Source: Dicyema japonicum (Eukaryota > Animalia > Dicyemida). Taken from it: 64,000 bases of DNA. The translations under genes and the position numbers were made by a program. This document shows positions 13,526 through 24,999 of the stretch, piece by piece. Each line of letters opens with the position of its first letter. Position 1 is the stretch's first letter. The notes beneath the pieces were generated by a model. That model was given only the letters and a program-made list of their open reading frames with translations. It searched no databases and had not been told where the DNA came from. The stretch spans positions 213,401-277,400 of the forward strand of contig RDEW01000056.1 of the NCBI GenBank assembly GCA_011109175.1, written 5' to 3'.

Positions 13526-14027
13526 CTATGGACGGTAATTGCAGTAAGCAAAATACGAATGCATATAAACCAAGTGAGCCACAGAAATTTTTAGCACATC
13601 CAAATTCATAGGTATCAGCCTAAACAACCATCATATTATAGAAATAAAACGAATTTGAGTATTAAAATCGTAATATTCTTCTTTTTGTAAAATTCCTTTA
13701 CAAACTCTGTGAGGGTATTGCTGTCTCTAGTCGTATTAACAGATAACTTTTAGAAATTGTAGAGAAGTATTGTCCAATTGTGACGGTTGGTAATAAACAT
13801 TTCTCGCTTGATTTTCAGCTTCTTTTTCAAGTGCATCACTCCAAACCTTTATAACTTTAATTTAACAACCATTTTTCTCATATTGCTACCAGCAGGTCTA
13901 GCATTAGATCTGAAATAATTATGGGCATCCTAAAGAATCCTTTTTTCGTCATCAGTAAATGATTGTCGCACTGAGATATAATGCATCAACTTACTTTAAC
14001 TGAAAGAAATAACAATAATTCAATCAT
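13526..14027 (-). pseudogene. CAP/SCP (PR-1/CRISP/antigen 5) secreted protein pseudogene
   Basis: MIELLLFLS leader; DAHNYFRSNARPAGSNMRKM|VWSDALEKEAENQAR with a 23-nt intron; VV(W>TAG)ADTYEFGCAKNFC; CNYRP. Two in-frame TAGs and several frameshifts. Confidence 0.8.
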
Positions 14028-14131
14028 TGCATCGAGTATTTAATTTTGTTTTTTATAAATGTATAGGAAATTAATTTTTGCTGGTTTAATTATTGAGGTT
14101 TTTACATAAATAGGAAAATCATCTTTGGTGT

Positions 14132-14195
14132 GGCGTCATGTGATCCACCAGTCTTAAGTGGTGCCCAGTGTCAGGCTGGAGTTATAAAGGATCAG
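14132..14195 (+). ncRNA. HDV-like ribozyme module, decayed copy
   Basis: P1 GGCGTC/GGTGCC and P2 TGATCC/GGATCA pair; P3 ACC/AGT has one mismatch; no clear catalytic C. Confidence 0.45.
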
Positions 14196-14336
14196 TTGCT
14201 CCACTACACATTTTCTCCCACGCCACCTGAGAGGTTTCCACAATTGAAAGGAATGGAAGTCTTTACATGCTCGTTCTGGATGAATTGTGTGTTAAAATGA
14301 GATTTTGGAGATTAATTAAGATATGAGTAGACGATC

Positions 14337-14480
14337 CGGTTCCGCAGTGAGGAGTTCACTGCTGATGACGTCACTCGTCAAGCCAAAGCATCATAGATGT
14401 GTGGAACCTTCAGTTGGAATGAACAGAGGCAAGATTCGAACTAGGAGCCATCAAGCCTTTTGCCAGGCCCAAGTTATGTT
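14337..14480 (-). mobile_element. SINE-1 5' half
   Basis: Reverse complement contains GTTCGAATC (B box), GAAGGTTCCACA and GGCTTGACGAGTGACGTCATCAG. Confidence 0.7.
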
Positions 14481-14719
14481 ACCCATTAAATTAAATCCTA
14501 TTCTTGGAATGCACAACTGAAGCACTTTTTGAGAGATTTTTTTTATTTTAAAACCAAGAATCACCGACAATATAAAATAAAAGAGTGGGGGCCGTCAGGT
14601 GATCCCGGATTAAGAAATAAATGTACATTATTAAAATTAAATAATGCAGTAATTTTACTTTAATTATTTAAAAACTGCATGTGGAACTCCATCTATTTTT
14701 TTCCAGTTTATGACGCTTA

Positions 14720-15345
14720 GAGGAAAACAGACTCGTGGTGAATGCAGAGAAGTCGTCTACGTCACTATTTACCTCGGACAAAAGATTGTGAAAGAAGACA
14801 GTCACCTTGAAGTCAAACAAAATCTGCATCCCTTTCCACAGATGTCAAAGGATCTTAGGAGTGACAATTGAAATGCATCTTTGTTTGACACCACAGGTAG
14901 AAAACATTTTATTGAAATGCGAGAAGAAACTGAACGTATTGAAAAGTTTATCAGGAATATGGAAAAGTGGTACTCGCCCAGTTTTGATGCGTGTACTAAC
15001 AGTACATCGAACCATGTTTCTCATATTCATGAGCTTCGTGGAGACCGTCCATATCTTGGACAAATATGAAGAAAATTAAGGAAATACAAAAGAGGGATTA
15101 CAGAGTACGGAGCATGGGATTTGTGAAGATCATCGAACCCGTACCTACTCCTGTGGAGGCCCTTATGAGACTAGACTCCAGATCTCGGGAAGTTTGCCCT
15201 GAAAATTCAGGCAGCCGTCTTGTACGTTCATGCGCGGGCACGAAGGAAGAACACCGGGAAAAGATTAGGTCTCTGTTAGAATGCATCGGGATCAAGTGAT
15301 AATTAGTTTTGTTTTACCGTGGTCTTGGATTAAATAAATAAAAAT
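14720..15345 (+). mobile_element. 5'-truncated Ingi/Vingi-like LINE
   Basis: Closely similar to 2040-2660 and has the same 3' terminus. Confidence 0.85.
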
Positions 15346-15584
15346 TAATAAAAATGACGTTTTTCTGGCTCTAAAAAAACCATTTTCAGTGAAAACTCAA
15401 TTTTGGTTGTATTTTATACCGAAAAATGCTAAAATGTACACAAGAGAAAATTTGCAATTAATAATATCTGAAAATTTATTAAAAATTAAAAAAATTTAAT
15501 TAAAAATCGGACATAAAAAAGCTTATTCGAAACATTTGGTTGAGTTAGTGAACGTGAGTTAGTGACGTGGGTCTTTAAATGCAG

Positions 15585-16414
15585 TCTGAAAAATACAAGA
15601 TTCAATGGGACGGCCTCAACCTACTCTCGTTTATGTCAGGGGGATCTCGAAGACATGGATGAGGAAAACACTGTGCGATGATTTAGACAAGTACCGCGTC
15701 TCTATCGGATGTCTGCCAAGAAACGAAGGTCTCTGATGGATGCTGTGAACACTATGGAACCTATAAACTTATTTTCTTCCCTAGTGAGTCTAAACATTAC
15801 GGACGCAAGGTTTCGCAGTCTATGAACATCTTGTACACGGATACATCAATTTTGGAAAGTCAACGACAGATTAGTGTTCTGCAAATTAGGATGAATGACA
15901 TGTGCCCTTCCAAAAGCTACATGACAGTCATTAACGTGTATGCTCCACATAGTGGCAGATTTTTGAAAAATCCTGAGGAACTGGATGACTTCTACTGTCA
16001 ACTATTGAGGACGTACTCGGAATACGAATCTTCGTCGTTGATATTTATTGCCGGGGACTTTAACGCTAAAGTTGGGATGCGACGCAGTGGAGAGGAATCG
16101 TTCATCGGCAGGCATGGACGGGGGTGGAGAAACACCCCGGGAACACTACTGGCCAATTTCTGTCAAGCGAATGATCTTTTCATAGGAAACACTGCCTTTA
16201 TGCACCCAGCTCGCCACAGGAGCACATGGACTGGCCATAGAACGAACTCGGAAAACAAAAGTGTCAATATTTATAATCAAATTGATTACATCATTTGTCG
16301 GACCAAGGACAAACACCTACTGAATGATGCCCGTTCTTATGGAGGGTCGATGATAAATAGTGACCATAAAATGGTTATTGGCAAGTTCTCCTTGAAGAAA
16401 TACTACATTGGCAG
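15585..16414 (+). mobile_element. RTE LINE AP-endonuclease region, runs into assembly gap
   Basis: VINVYAPHS, IAGDFNAKVG, NQIDYII, SDHKMV. Paralogous to 25006-25800. Confidence 0.9.
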
Positions 16415-16778
16415 NNNNNNNNNNNNNNNNNNNNNNNNNNNNNNNNNNNNNNNNNNNNNNNNNNNNNNNNNNNNNNNNNNNNNNNNNNNNNNNNNNNNNN
16501 NNNNNNNNNNNNNNNNNNNNNNNNNNNNNNNNNNNNNNNNNNNNNNNNNNNNNNNNNNNNNNNNNNNNNNNNNNNNNNNNNNNNNNNNNNNNNNNNNNNN
16601 NNNNNNNNNNNNNNNNNNNNNNNNNNNNNNNNNNNNNNNNNNNNNNNNNNNNNNNNNNNNNNNNNNNNNNNNNNNNNNNNNNNNNNNNNNNNNNNNNNNN
16701 NNNNNNNNNNNNNNNNNNNNNNNNNNNNNNNNNNNNNNNNNNNNNNNNNNNNNNNNNNNNNNNNNNNNNNNNNNNNNN
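16415..16778. other. Assembly gap (N run)
   Basis: Run of N. Confidence 1.
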
Positions 16779-16845
16779 AAATAAAGAATTTTGTAAATTC
16801 TTCAGCGTAAATGAAGCATCTTCTTCAATTTTTATTAGCATCTCT

Positions 16846-17110
16846 CAAAGTTATTAAGTATTTTGACAAAGTTATTAAACATTTTGACAAAGTTATTAAA
16901 TATTTTGACAAAGTTATTAAATATTTTGACAAAGTTATTAAATATTTTGACAAAGTTATTAAATATTTTGACAAAGTTATTAAGTATTTTGACAAATTAT
17001 TAAATATTTTGACAAAGTTATTAAGCATTTTGACAAATTATTAAATATTTTGACAAAGTTATTAGATATTTTGACAAAGTTATTAAACTTTATGACAAAG
17101 TTATTAAATA
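16846..17110. repeat. 21-nt minisatellite, about 12.5 units
   Basis: Unit CAAAGTTATTAAATATTTTGA, with two 20-nt variants. Confidence 0.95.
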
Positions 17111-17274
17111 AATCGGAAAACCCTGTATATTATTTAAATTATATTAAAATTAAAACATTTATATTTCATTTATTATTATTATTGAACCAGAAAACCACCG
17201 TCATATTTAAAATAAACAAATTCAGGTGATAACGTGGTGACAACATCCCTCCCGAACTGCTGAAATATGGACCT

Positions 17275-18657
17275 ATGCGTCTATTCGAAACCATTGCGAC
17301 ATTGTTAAATGGAATGTTTACATCCAACTCTGTCCTACCACTGGGGAAAGGGACATTGATACCTATACAAAAGCCTAACAAACCAAAGGGACCACTAGAA
17401 AGCCTACGCCCAGTCATATTGTTAAACACATTACGAAAAGTTCTTGCATCTGTTGCTTTGGACCGCTTAAAACATCCTGCAGGAAATTACCTATCAGCAT
17501 GCCATAGTGGATTTCGTGAAGGAAGGTCGACAGCGGACATTCTGTGGAGCCACAGGTGGCGGTGTGCAACGGCTCAAAGATACAAAAATGCCACGACCAT
17601 CCTGGGGATCGATATGTCAAGAGCTTTCGACACCATTAGCCGACACAAGCTAATGGTTGTCCTTCATCAATTTGTGGACCAATCATTGCTACGGATAATC
17701 AGAGTACTTCTCTCAAGTACTGAACTGTCAGTCCGAATTGGGAGAACTCTATCCCGACCATTCAAAACTACAATCGGCACTCCTCAGGGAGACTCCCTCT
17801 CCCCCTTACTATTTGTGATATATCTCGAAGCTGCACTAAAGGATCTAAGAACTTGCTATGAAGGAAAAATAAACGAAGTCGTATACGCGGATGATGTGGA
17901 TTTTATATCCGAGGATACAGAAGCTCTCACACATCTGCTGGAAAATGCACCGGACAAACTGGGGGAATGGTTCCTCATCGTTAACCGGGCCAAAACGGAA
18001 ATCACGGAAATCAAAAGAATGGACAACATCCTTAATGAACGTTGGCGACATGTTAATAAGCTTGGATCCCTACTGGGGGACACAGAAGACATCATCAAAA
18101 GGAAAACACTTGCAGGAGTAGCAATGCGAAAACTCAAAAAGGGATGGCTGAAAGGACTAGATGTCAATCTGCGGATACGCATGTACAATGCATTTGTGAA
18201 ACCGATACTGACATACAATGCTGGTACTTGGGCCTGTACAGGTGCGGAATCAATGGCTCTCGATGGGTTCCACAGAAAACAGCTTAGAGTATTATTTGGC
18301 ATGCAGTGGCCAGCCAGAATCTCGAATACCGGTATTTACAAAAAATGCAAGAGTAGGCCTCTAAGCCTGGAAATCACTGACGCCCGGTGGAGACTGTTTG
18401 GTCACGTACTACGCATGGATCTTGCTGCCCCGGCTAATGTGGCGATGGAGGACCATTTCATGTTCGAGGGCAAATGCTTCCGTGGCAGACCAAGGATGAC
18501 CCTACCTATCATGCTGCACAAAGACCTCCAAAGGATGAAGAAATGCCTAAAGACGGGAGACGATCTGGACATGCTGAGATCGACTGCGTGTAACCGTGGA
18601 GGATGGAATAGGCTAACTAATAACATTGTTTCTTGTATTGCACATGCTTTGCTATAA
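17275..18657 (+). CDS. RTE-clade reverse transcriptase, uninterrupted 460-aa frame; element about 17190-18700
   Basis: LRPVILL, GFREGRST, IDMSRAFD, GTPQGDSLSPLLF, YADD, KLGS, FGHVLRM, RGRPR. No APE in this frame. Confidence 0.95.
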   Translation: MRLFETIATLLNGMFTSNSVLPLGKGTLIPIQKPNKPKGPLESLRPVILLNTLRKVLASVALDRLKHPAGNYLSACHSGFREGRSTADILWSHRWRCATAQRYKNATTILGIDMSRAFDTISRHKLMVVLHQFVDQSLLRIIRVLLSSTELSVRIGRTLSRPFKTTIGTPQGDSLSPLLFVIYLEAALKDLRTCYEGKINEVVYADDVDFISEDTEALTHLLENAPDKLGEWFLIVNRAKTEITEIKRMDNILNERWRHVNKLGSLLGDTEDIIKRKTLAGVAMRKLKKGWLKGLDVNLRIRMYNAFVKPILTYNAGTWACTGAESMALDGFHRKQLRVLFGMQWPARISNTGIYKKCKSRPLSLEITDARWRLFGHVLRMDLAAPANVAMEDHFMFEGKCFRGRPRMTLPIMLHKDLQRMKKCLKTGDDLDMLRSTACNRGGWNRLTNNIVSCIAHALL

Positions 18658-18724
18658 CTATTATGCCAAGGCGATAAGTGCTGTAATAATTATTTATCTG
18701 TCTTTAATTTTTCATATGACAATG

Positions 18725-18800
18725 AGCTCTTCGAGAACCATTTCCCCTTGACAAAAAAATCGCCCAAAAAGGGCGATTCGCCCCTCGTTGAGAATTACTG
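18725..18800 (-). mobile_element. hAT-MITE-like end fragment
   Basis: Reverse complement starts CAGTAATTCTCAACGAGGGGCGAATCGCCC, resembling Charlie/MER20-type termini. Confidence 0.4.
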
Positions 18801-18880
18801 GTTTATACCATTGATTTCTATTAGAACGAATCGGGATCGATAATTATTTTGGTTTTACTGTTAAATAAAGTAAATACAAC

Positions 18881-19030
18881 GATCAGGTAGCTAAGTGGTT
18901 ACGATTTCATACTTGTACCAATGGTCCTGAGTTTAAATCCCTAAAGGTTCTCTTTCTATGCTCTGTTTTTTCTTCCTTCTTTCAATTAGCGTGAATTAAG
19001 GATCATTTGCTCTCCATACTCCATTGGATC
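18881..19030 (+). mobile_element. tRNA-derived SINE-2 (tRNA-Thr-like head, pyrimidine tract, 3' half of ribozyme module)
   Basis: A box TAGCTAAGTGGTT, CTTGTA loop, degenerate B box GAGTTTAAATCC, then GAATTAAGGATCATTTGCTCTCC as at 37086-37110. Confidence 0.5.
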
Positions 19031-19364
19031 ATTTTCTAAGAATCTCAACAGTTTGGATGTGGATAGACTTTAGTATGCTTTAGGGACCTGTCTTGTTTCT
19101 TCTGCGACCATGGAAACATAGTTAGTTAGATAACCGCGGTTTCACAAACTTCGGATAAATTTGGATGTGGTTCACCTTCACTTATAAAAATTGGATGCCA
19201 ACTTAACTCTGACTAAAAGAGTTGCCTATCAACCTGTTCTCATCGGATTGAATGTATGCCAGTGATACAGCTTCGATGTGGAGGGAACGTCGACAGCTAG
19301 GCCTACATCCAATGTTTTACTGAAAGAGAGCAGGACGTGCCTCGCTCAAACAGTTCTTGTAACC

Positions 19365-19900
19365 GAACTAATTAGGTGATTCCGGTTCCCTTTATCACCC
19401 TTGCAATTTTCATTCTTGCTTATCGAGGGACCCTAACGCTGTCTGCGCTTGTGCCTACACATGAAGTCGACGTGAGCAGATTTCTTAGGAGAGGTCGTCC
19501 ATTTTGAGATCGCGCCACGAATGAACATAATGAATTCCCTTTTTCTTGGCAGAACCGAAGGAATCCGCGGCCATTCCTTCGTCTGATGGTTTCGACAGTA
19601 TGATCTGTTCGACTTTGTAAAAAAGCGTTGAGACTTTTCGTGTATAGTCAATTTTGTCCAAAAACGACGCAGAGAGTGTATAATTCCGTGAACCACAGTC
19701 ATATTCTATAGCGAAGGCAATGTTATGCGTATTCCATCTTCTACTGGGAACAGGCTCTTCACAACAATTACCTTGAGGACATTCAACTTCTGGAGTCTTT
19801 TTGTAAATTTATTGTTATCTTGGCGGATGATTCTTCTATTTTGGGGGCGCCCAGTACCAATGAAAAAGAACCATTCTCTCCCCCTATTCGTCACATCACT
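19365..19900 (-). mobile_element. Ingi/Vingi-like LINE 3' fragment
   Basis: Reverse complement of the family terminus at about 19365; KLNVLK region upstream. Confidence 0.75.
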
Positions 19901-21249
19901 CCATGGGATAGCATCTTANTGAGAAAATATCAATTCCTTCGTTTTCGAGTTATCTCGTTAATGTTTTCTGTTGAATAGTAGGGCATTCCGATAGGGTCAG
20001 GTTAGATTTGACGTTTCCCGAGAAGGCTAGAGACTAGTGAATGGGTTTGAGGGCCCCAGAGAACTGACAAAAGGATCCCGTTGAGGAGAAGATCGCAAAA
20101 ATATTGCTTATGTACATGTTTTCAAAATAAAAATGTCTAAATAAAATAATATGTAAAAATTTAATTAAATATTATATAAAAAATTAATTTATTTTTAAAA
20201 AAATAATAAAATTCAACGCTGTGTTGGGAGTTTTTCATTGGTAAATTTTTTTGAGAATAACTATTTTTAGAAAAAAAACTAGACAACAGTATGATCCAAC
20301 ATGAATGTGGGTAAATTTTAATATGATAGCGTGAAGCCATTTTACAGCAGTCATATAAGACACATATCTTGCTCATACACTTAATTATACTGAATGATGT
20401 AACAAAACAATTATTTCTTGAACAAATTTGTTAATTTTATTGTCTAGACAATCGCACTGCAACGTATGATTCTTTTTCTATCGAAAGTGACAATCGTATA
20501 TTAAAATCTCTTTTTGTTAGAATACTTAGACGATACTCATTTTCCGGATGACTCACAAATGATGAAAAGCAAAACAGACAGCTAAAAGCATGGTGTCTGG
20601 AAAATATAATATTCATCTAAAAATCGCTTTTTTAATAAATTTTTACTTTCAGGCTAGTCATTGGAAGTTGATTTGTCACGGAAGCTTAATAAACCTGAAT
20701 GATTTAACTGAAAAGATTCATCTTCTTAAATTACACATCATTTTAGAGGAAAAGACTTGAAAATTTGACAAATCCCACAATTTTCATAGCGCCGTATTTT
20801 TCAACGAATTAGGCAGAAAGAGTGACTTTGTTTCCCCAAAGATTTGGTTGATTATTTTAAACTGAAAAATATTGAAAATTATCTTATTGGCGATGGAAGT
20901 AAAATCGAAGTTGGTTTTGTGATTACTTCAGAATTAATTTGTCTACGCCGTCCTATCCAAGTTTTTTTATTTGTTCCACTCGACGTTGAGACGCCTGTTC
21001 CCTTGAGCCTGCGAAACGGGAATTCGTCTAAGGAATCGTATATTAATAAACTCGAATGTGGAGTGAAAGATCTAACAAAGGTTGAGACTCGATTAAGTTG
21101 ATTCCTGAAAATGCCGAATTATGCGATTTCCATTACAAGGAAAAAATTCTCAAGAAAATACAACTTTTTAGTGAGTTTGATTTTAATTATAATTTAGTCT
21201 TAAAAATTATTCATTTTTTATATTGTTAAGACTTTTTTTCGATACCACT

Positions 21250-22140
21250 TATTCAAGTTCTCATTGCTCTGAAGGGAAAAATCAATATAATTTCAGTTAT
21301 ATTCTGTTCCATCTCAGGTCATAGACCGTTTTTTTGAATTCCTTCATTTTTTCGAATCAAAAGTATTAGAAATTAAAGTCTATTATGTGAGAAATAAACT
21401 TTTTAAGAGTTCCAATTACTGAGGAATTGAAGTCCTTGATTCTTTTAGGCACGTTTTTGCTAGGTCAGTACTTCATGGACATCACAGTAGTTGACGATTG
21501 GCTCAAAATATTGATTATATAGGGAATCTAACGTTAGGAGAGAAAAATATTGTATTTATGAATGAGAACCTTCGAAAGTTGAGTTTTTGTGGCAAAAAAT
21601 ACAAGTTATTCACGTGTTGTTCATAAGTCATTAGTAGCAGAATAACTCCCAATATTCTAATGGAGTTCTAAATACTTCAGCGGGATTTCTTTCTACGTGA
21701 AGAGAGTTGTGCATGATTTTTCAAAGCTTGAAGTCAAAAAGGTTATAAGCACGTGTTTAAAAATTCTAACAGATCTTCAAGTATAGTTGTCTATGAGCAT
21801 CGATCCCTGAATGCAAAACTCAGCGACTGTAAGATAGAATAAAGGTATTTGTCGACTTCGCATGCCTGAAAAGGATAATTTGAAAATATTAGGTGACAAT
21901 GGTGATAACAGAGACTGCTTACACGGAAGATTTTGATGAGAACATTCTTTTTCGTCAGCATAGGTATCTCGAAATGAGCATTTATACGACTTTTCTACAA
22001 AATCCTATGATCCCCATGCTTCACGATAGGGAGGACATTAGAAAATTTTAGGTCGGTAGGGATGGTGTTCCGATTGATTGAAGTGTTGTGTAAAGGCCTC
22101 GATTGCGTCGGGTCTCGTGCTAAGATTTGAATACCGTCTG
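21250..22140 (-). mobile_element. Highly decayed CR1/Jockey-like RT
   Basis: PDGI...NTSINRNTIPTDLKFSNVLPIVKHGD; AFRDRCS; PIVNYCDV. Confidence 0.5.
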
Positions 22141-22354
22141 GACCGATTGAATAAATAGACTTTAATTTTGAATCACTTATTTTACCTCCTCGACTTTAGA
22201 ACTAATTTGGTATCGCCTTGTTTGAGTTTTATCGAGACAAGAAAAAAAATCCTAGCATTTAATTCTATTAAAATAAAAAAAATTAAAAATATTAAAATTT
22301 TGTTCAAAAAGTCAATAATCCACATCAATATTAAAATATTAAAATATTTTAGCG

Positions 22355-22420
22355 TGCGTCATGTGGTTCACCGTTTCTGGTGGCGTCGGATATAGTCCTA
22401 ACTATATCTAAAAAGAATCA
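22355..22420 (+). ncRNA. HDV-like self-cleaving ribozyme candidate at the LINE 5' end
   Basis: P1 (T)GCGTC/GGCGT(C); P2 TGGTTC/GAATCA; P3 ACC/GGT; GG after P1; P4 ATATAG/CTATAT; J4/2 CTAAAAA. Elements are in the nested double-pseudoknot order. Confidence 0.65.
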
Positions 22421-22488
22421 TTTGCTCTCTACCAACCAGAGAACTTCCCACTGGACGGCATTCTCTCACTGTTGGAACATTCTATCGA

Positions 22489-22533
22489 TTGAGACTGTTG
22501 ACCTCAGGAGACGTGGAACAAAACCCAGGCCCA
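22489..22533 (+). other. 2A (StopGo) ribosomal skipping peptide LRLLTSGDVEQNPGP
   Basis: Exact D(V/I)ExNPGP consensus at 22510-22533, in frame with and immediately before the APE domain. Confidence 0.9.
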
Positions 22534-24756
22534 AAGAAGTTAACAATCCAAAGCTTAAACATAAACGGGATCAGAGGAAAGATTGCCGAACTTTCCTTAT
22601 TCTTGGAGAGGAAAAGAGTGGACATCTGCCTTCTCCAGGAACGAAACATTCAAATAACATTCCTACTCCTCTCTTTAACGGATACAACACAGTAAGATCC
22701 GACCGCCTATCTGGCCAAGGAGGGGGTTATGACCTCCGGAGCGACCACCATTCAATGTTAATGAAGCTGAACTGCGAGCCACGCTTTGTACCGAAGCCTA
22801 TTCATTTCTATGATTACAAAATGCAAATTGGACTGGCTTTACAAATTTCGTTGATTCAAAACTGCAACATTTCCAACCTGAAAATTTCTCTTCCATAGAC
22901 AAAGCTGTATACTATTTCAACAAAATCATTGACGGGAGAAATATTTTTATCAGAAAAGCATATATAAAATACGAAAAATTGAAATACGACTCAAAAACAA
23001 GGAAAATAATTATGGAAAGAAACAACCTTAAGAAAATGATACATCGTTCACGAGAGGTTATTAATCGAATCAGGTCACTAAACATTCTTATCACGAAAAG
23101 CACAAACAACACCCAAAGGAAGAAACTCAGCGAATCTCTGCTGCCATGAATAACCAGACCTCAATTTCCAACATGTGGAAGATGTTGAGGCGTCTGAAGA
23201 ACCCAGAATACGAAGATAACAAAGAACAATGCCAGCTCAATCTGAATAAGAAACATTGTATTCGAATCAGTCACATTCCTTATAAAAAGATTAACACACA
23301 AACGAAAATAAAGAGAAAGCCATCCAAATTTGCCCCGCTGATTTATTTTCTCCCGAAAGATGTATCCAAAGCAATATCAAATCAGAAAAAAACAAACTCA
23401 TGTGGCCCAGACGGAATTCCTCTTATTCTGCTGAAACACTTGGGCCCAGCATCAATAAATGCATTAACAAACATCTACAACACATCGCTGAACAGAAATA
23501 CCATACCGACTTTGTGGAAACTATCAAAAATTCGACCAATATTGAAGCCGGGAAGACCGAAGAACGATCCCGGCTCTTACAGACCAGTTTCCCTTATATG
23601 TGTTTTGTCGAGGATCCTGGAGAAACTGGTCCTAAAAGTTATTCGCCCTTTTCTCCCACAAAGTACATTCCAACATGGCTTCAAGGAAGGATTATCAACA
23701 ACCTCCTTCCTAACAACATTAATGAAGTTCATAACTGAAGGACACAAGAACAAGCCAAAACAGGAAAAATCGGTCATATGTACGATCGATATTCAAAAAG
23801 CTTTCGACTCTGTCCCAAGGAAGATCCTCATACGAAAAATATTTTTGACAAAAATTGATGCACCATTAAAGTTATGGTTAGCAAATTTCGTAAGTGGACG
23901 CCGAGGGAAAGTATCCGTCGGAAACAAGAGTTCCAGATCGGGATTATTACCCAATGGTGTACCCCAAGGATCTCCTCTGTCACCAATCCTTTTTAATTTG
24001 TTTTTGAGTGATCTCCCCACCTATGAATAATAATGACATACTACTTTCTATGCCGATGACATAGTTGTCGCATCTAGAGACGTAAACGTCGAACATGCTA
24101 AGGAAAGACTACAAGGAATACTAAATAACATATTTGGATGGTTGTGCGAGAATCGATTAAATGCATGTTCCGAAAAGTCAGCAGTCACTCTATTTACTAA
24201 GAATAGAAAGATGGGAACGCAAACAATTGATGTCACGTTAAATGGAGTACCTATACCACAAAAGAAAACGCAGAAGATACTGGGAGTAACTTTTGATATT
24301 TTCCTCTGCTTCTCAGGCCATGTGGAATCTATCATATCAACCAGTGCAAAGAAGATCAATTTTGTAAAAGCCTTCCTTTGGAACTGTGGAGGAATTTATC
24401 CGCCAGGTATCGTGACCCTCTACAAGCAGTATGCCGAGCCAACAATAGGCTATGCATGTGCTGCATGGGGATCTAACCTGTCGGCAACGAACCTAACAAA
24501 AATTCAAGATATCCAGTCAAGAGCAAAAAAGTTACTAGAAAAATATACAGATAAAGAAATTGCCCCCAGAGCACTCGAGTCTATCATAGAAGCAACTGGA
24601 GGCAATTTCAGAAGAGGAAAGGAAAAAGACCCCGTCCGTATAGAAAATGCGTGGGATCACAGTCGGAGCATCGAGAAAAAATGGCCCGATTATTGAGAGA
24701 TGCCGGGATCACCTGAATATTAGTTATTGGTTAAGACGGTGTTTCTTTGGCTTAAA

Positions 24757-24822
24757 NNNNNNNNNNNNNNNNNNNNNNNNNNNNNNNNNNNNNNNNNNNN
24801 NNNNNNNNNNNNNNNNNNNNNN
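24757..24822. other. Assembly gap (N run)
   Basis: Run of N. Confidence 1.
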
Positions 24823-24999
24823 NAGACACAGCATAGAGGTTGACCCCAAGAAGAGAAGATTGAGTTAGAAGGGCTTTATAAAATAATTTCTTTTACTAAA
24901 AATTTAAATAAATAACAAACATCTTTTTTACCAATTAATTATTATAAAGTAAATTTTCCACGTTTTATATTAAGTTTTTTAAAAAAGACTCTACACACG

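Larger units (their letters stand above)
22355..24756 (+). mobile_element. Near full-length ORF1-less APE-RT LINE (Ingi/Vingi-like), internally deleted
   Basis: Order is ribozyme-like head, 2A motif, APE start (LNINGIRGK, CLLQE), RT 23146-24060 (YRPVSL, QHGFK, DIQKAFD, GVPQGSPLSP, YADD), C-terminus, family 3' end. No RNase H recognised. Clade name inferred from architecture only. Confidence 0.85.

Noticed and set aside
16811-17044. ORFs of repeated KYFDKVI or SKYLITL heptads
   Set aside because: By-product of the 21-nt minisatellite; frames are open on both strands and broken by 20-nt units.
16846-17110. CRISPR-like array
   Set aside because: No spacers, and the context is eukaryotic.
18881-18945. 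Functional tRNA-Thr gene
   Set aside because: Degenerate B box, no acceptor stem, and it continues into repeat sequence; treated as a SINE head.
19930-19995. Third CRE-like 3' end
   Set aside because: Only patchy similarity to 39728-39886.
20290-21100. Possible spliced gene remnant
   Set aside because: Several stops and no identifiable product.
24022-24060. TAA TAA TGA in frame with YADD, suggesting readthrough or a variant code
   Set aside because: Comparison with 42130-42180 shows compensating -2 and -1 deletions in a dead copy.
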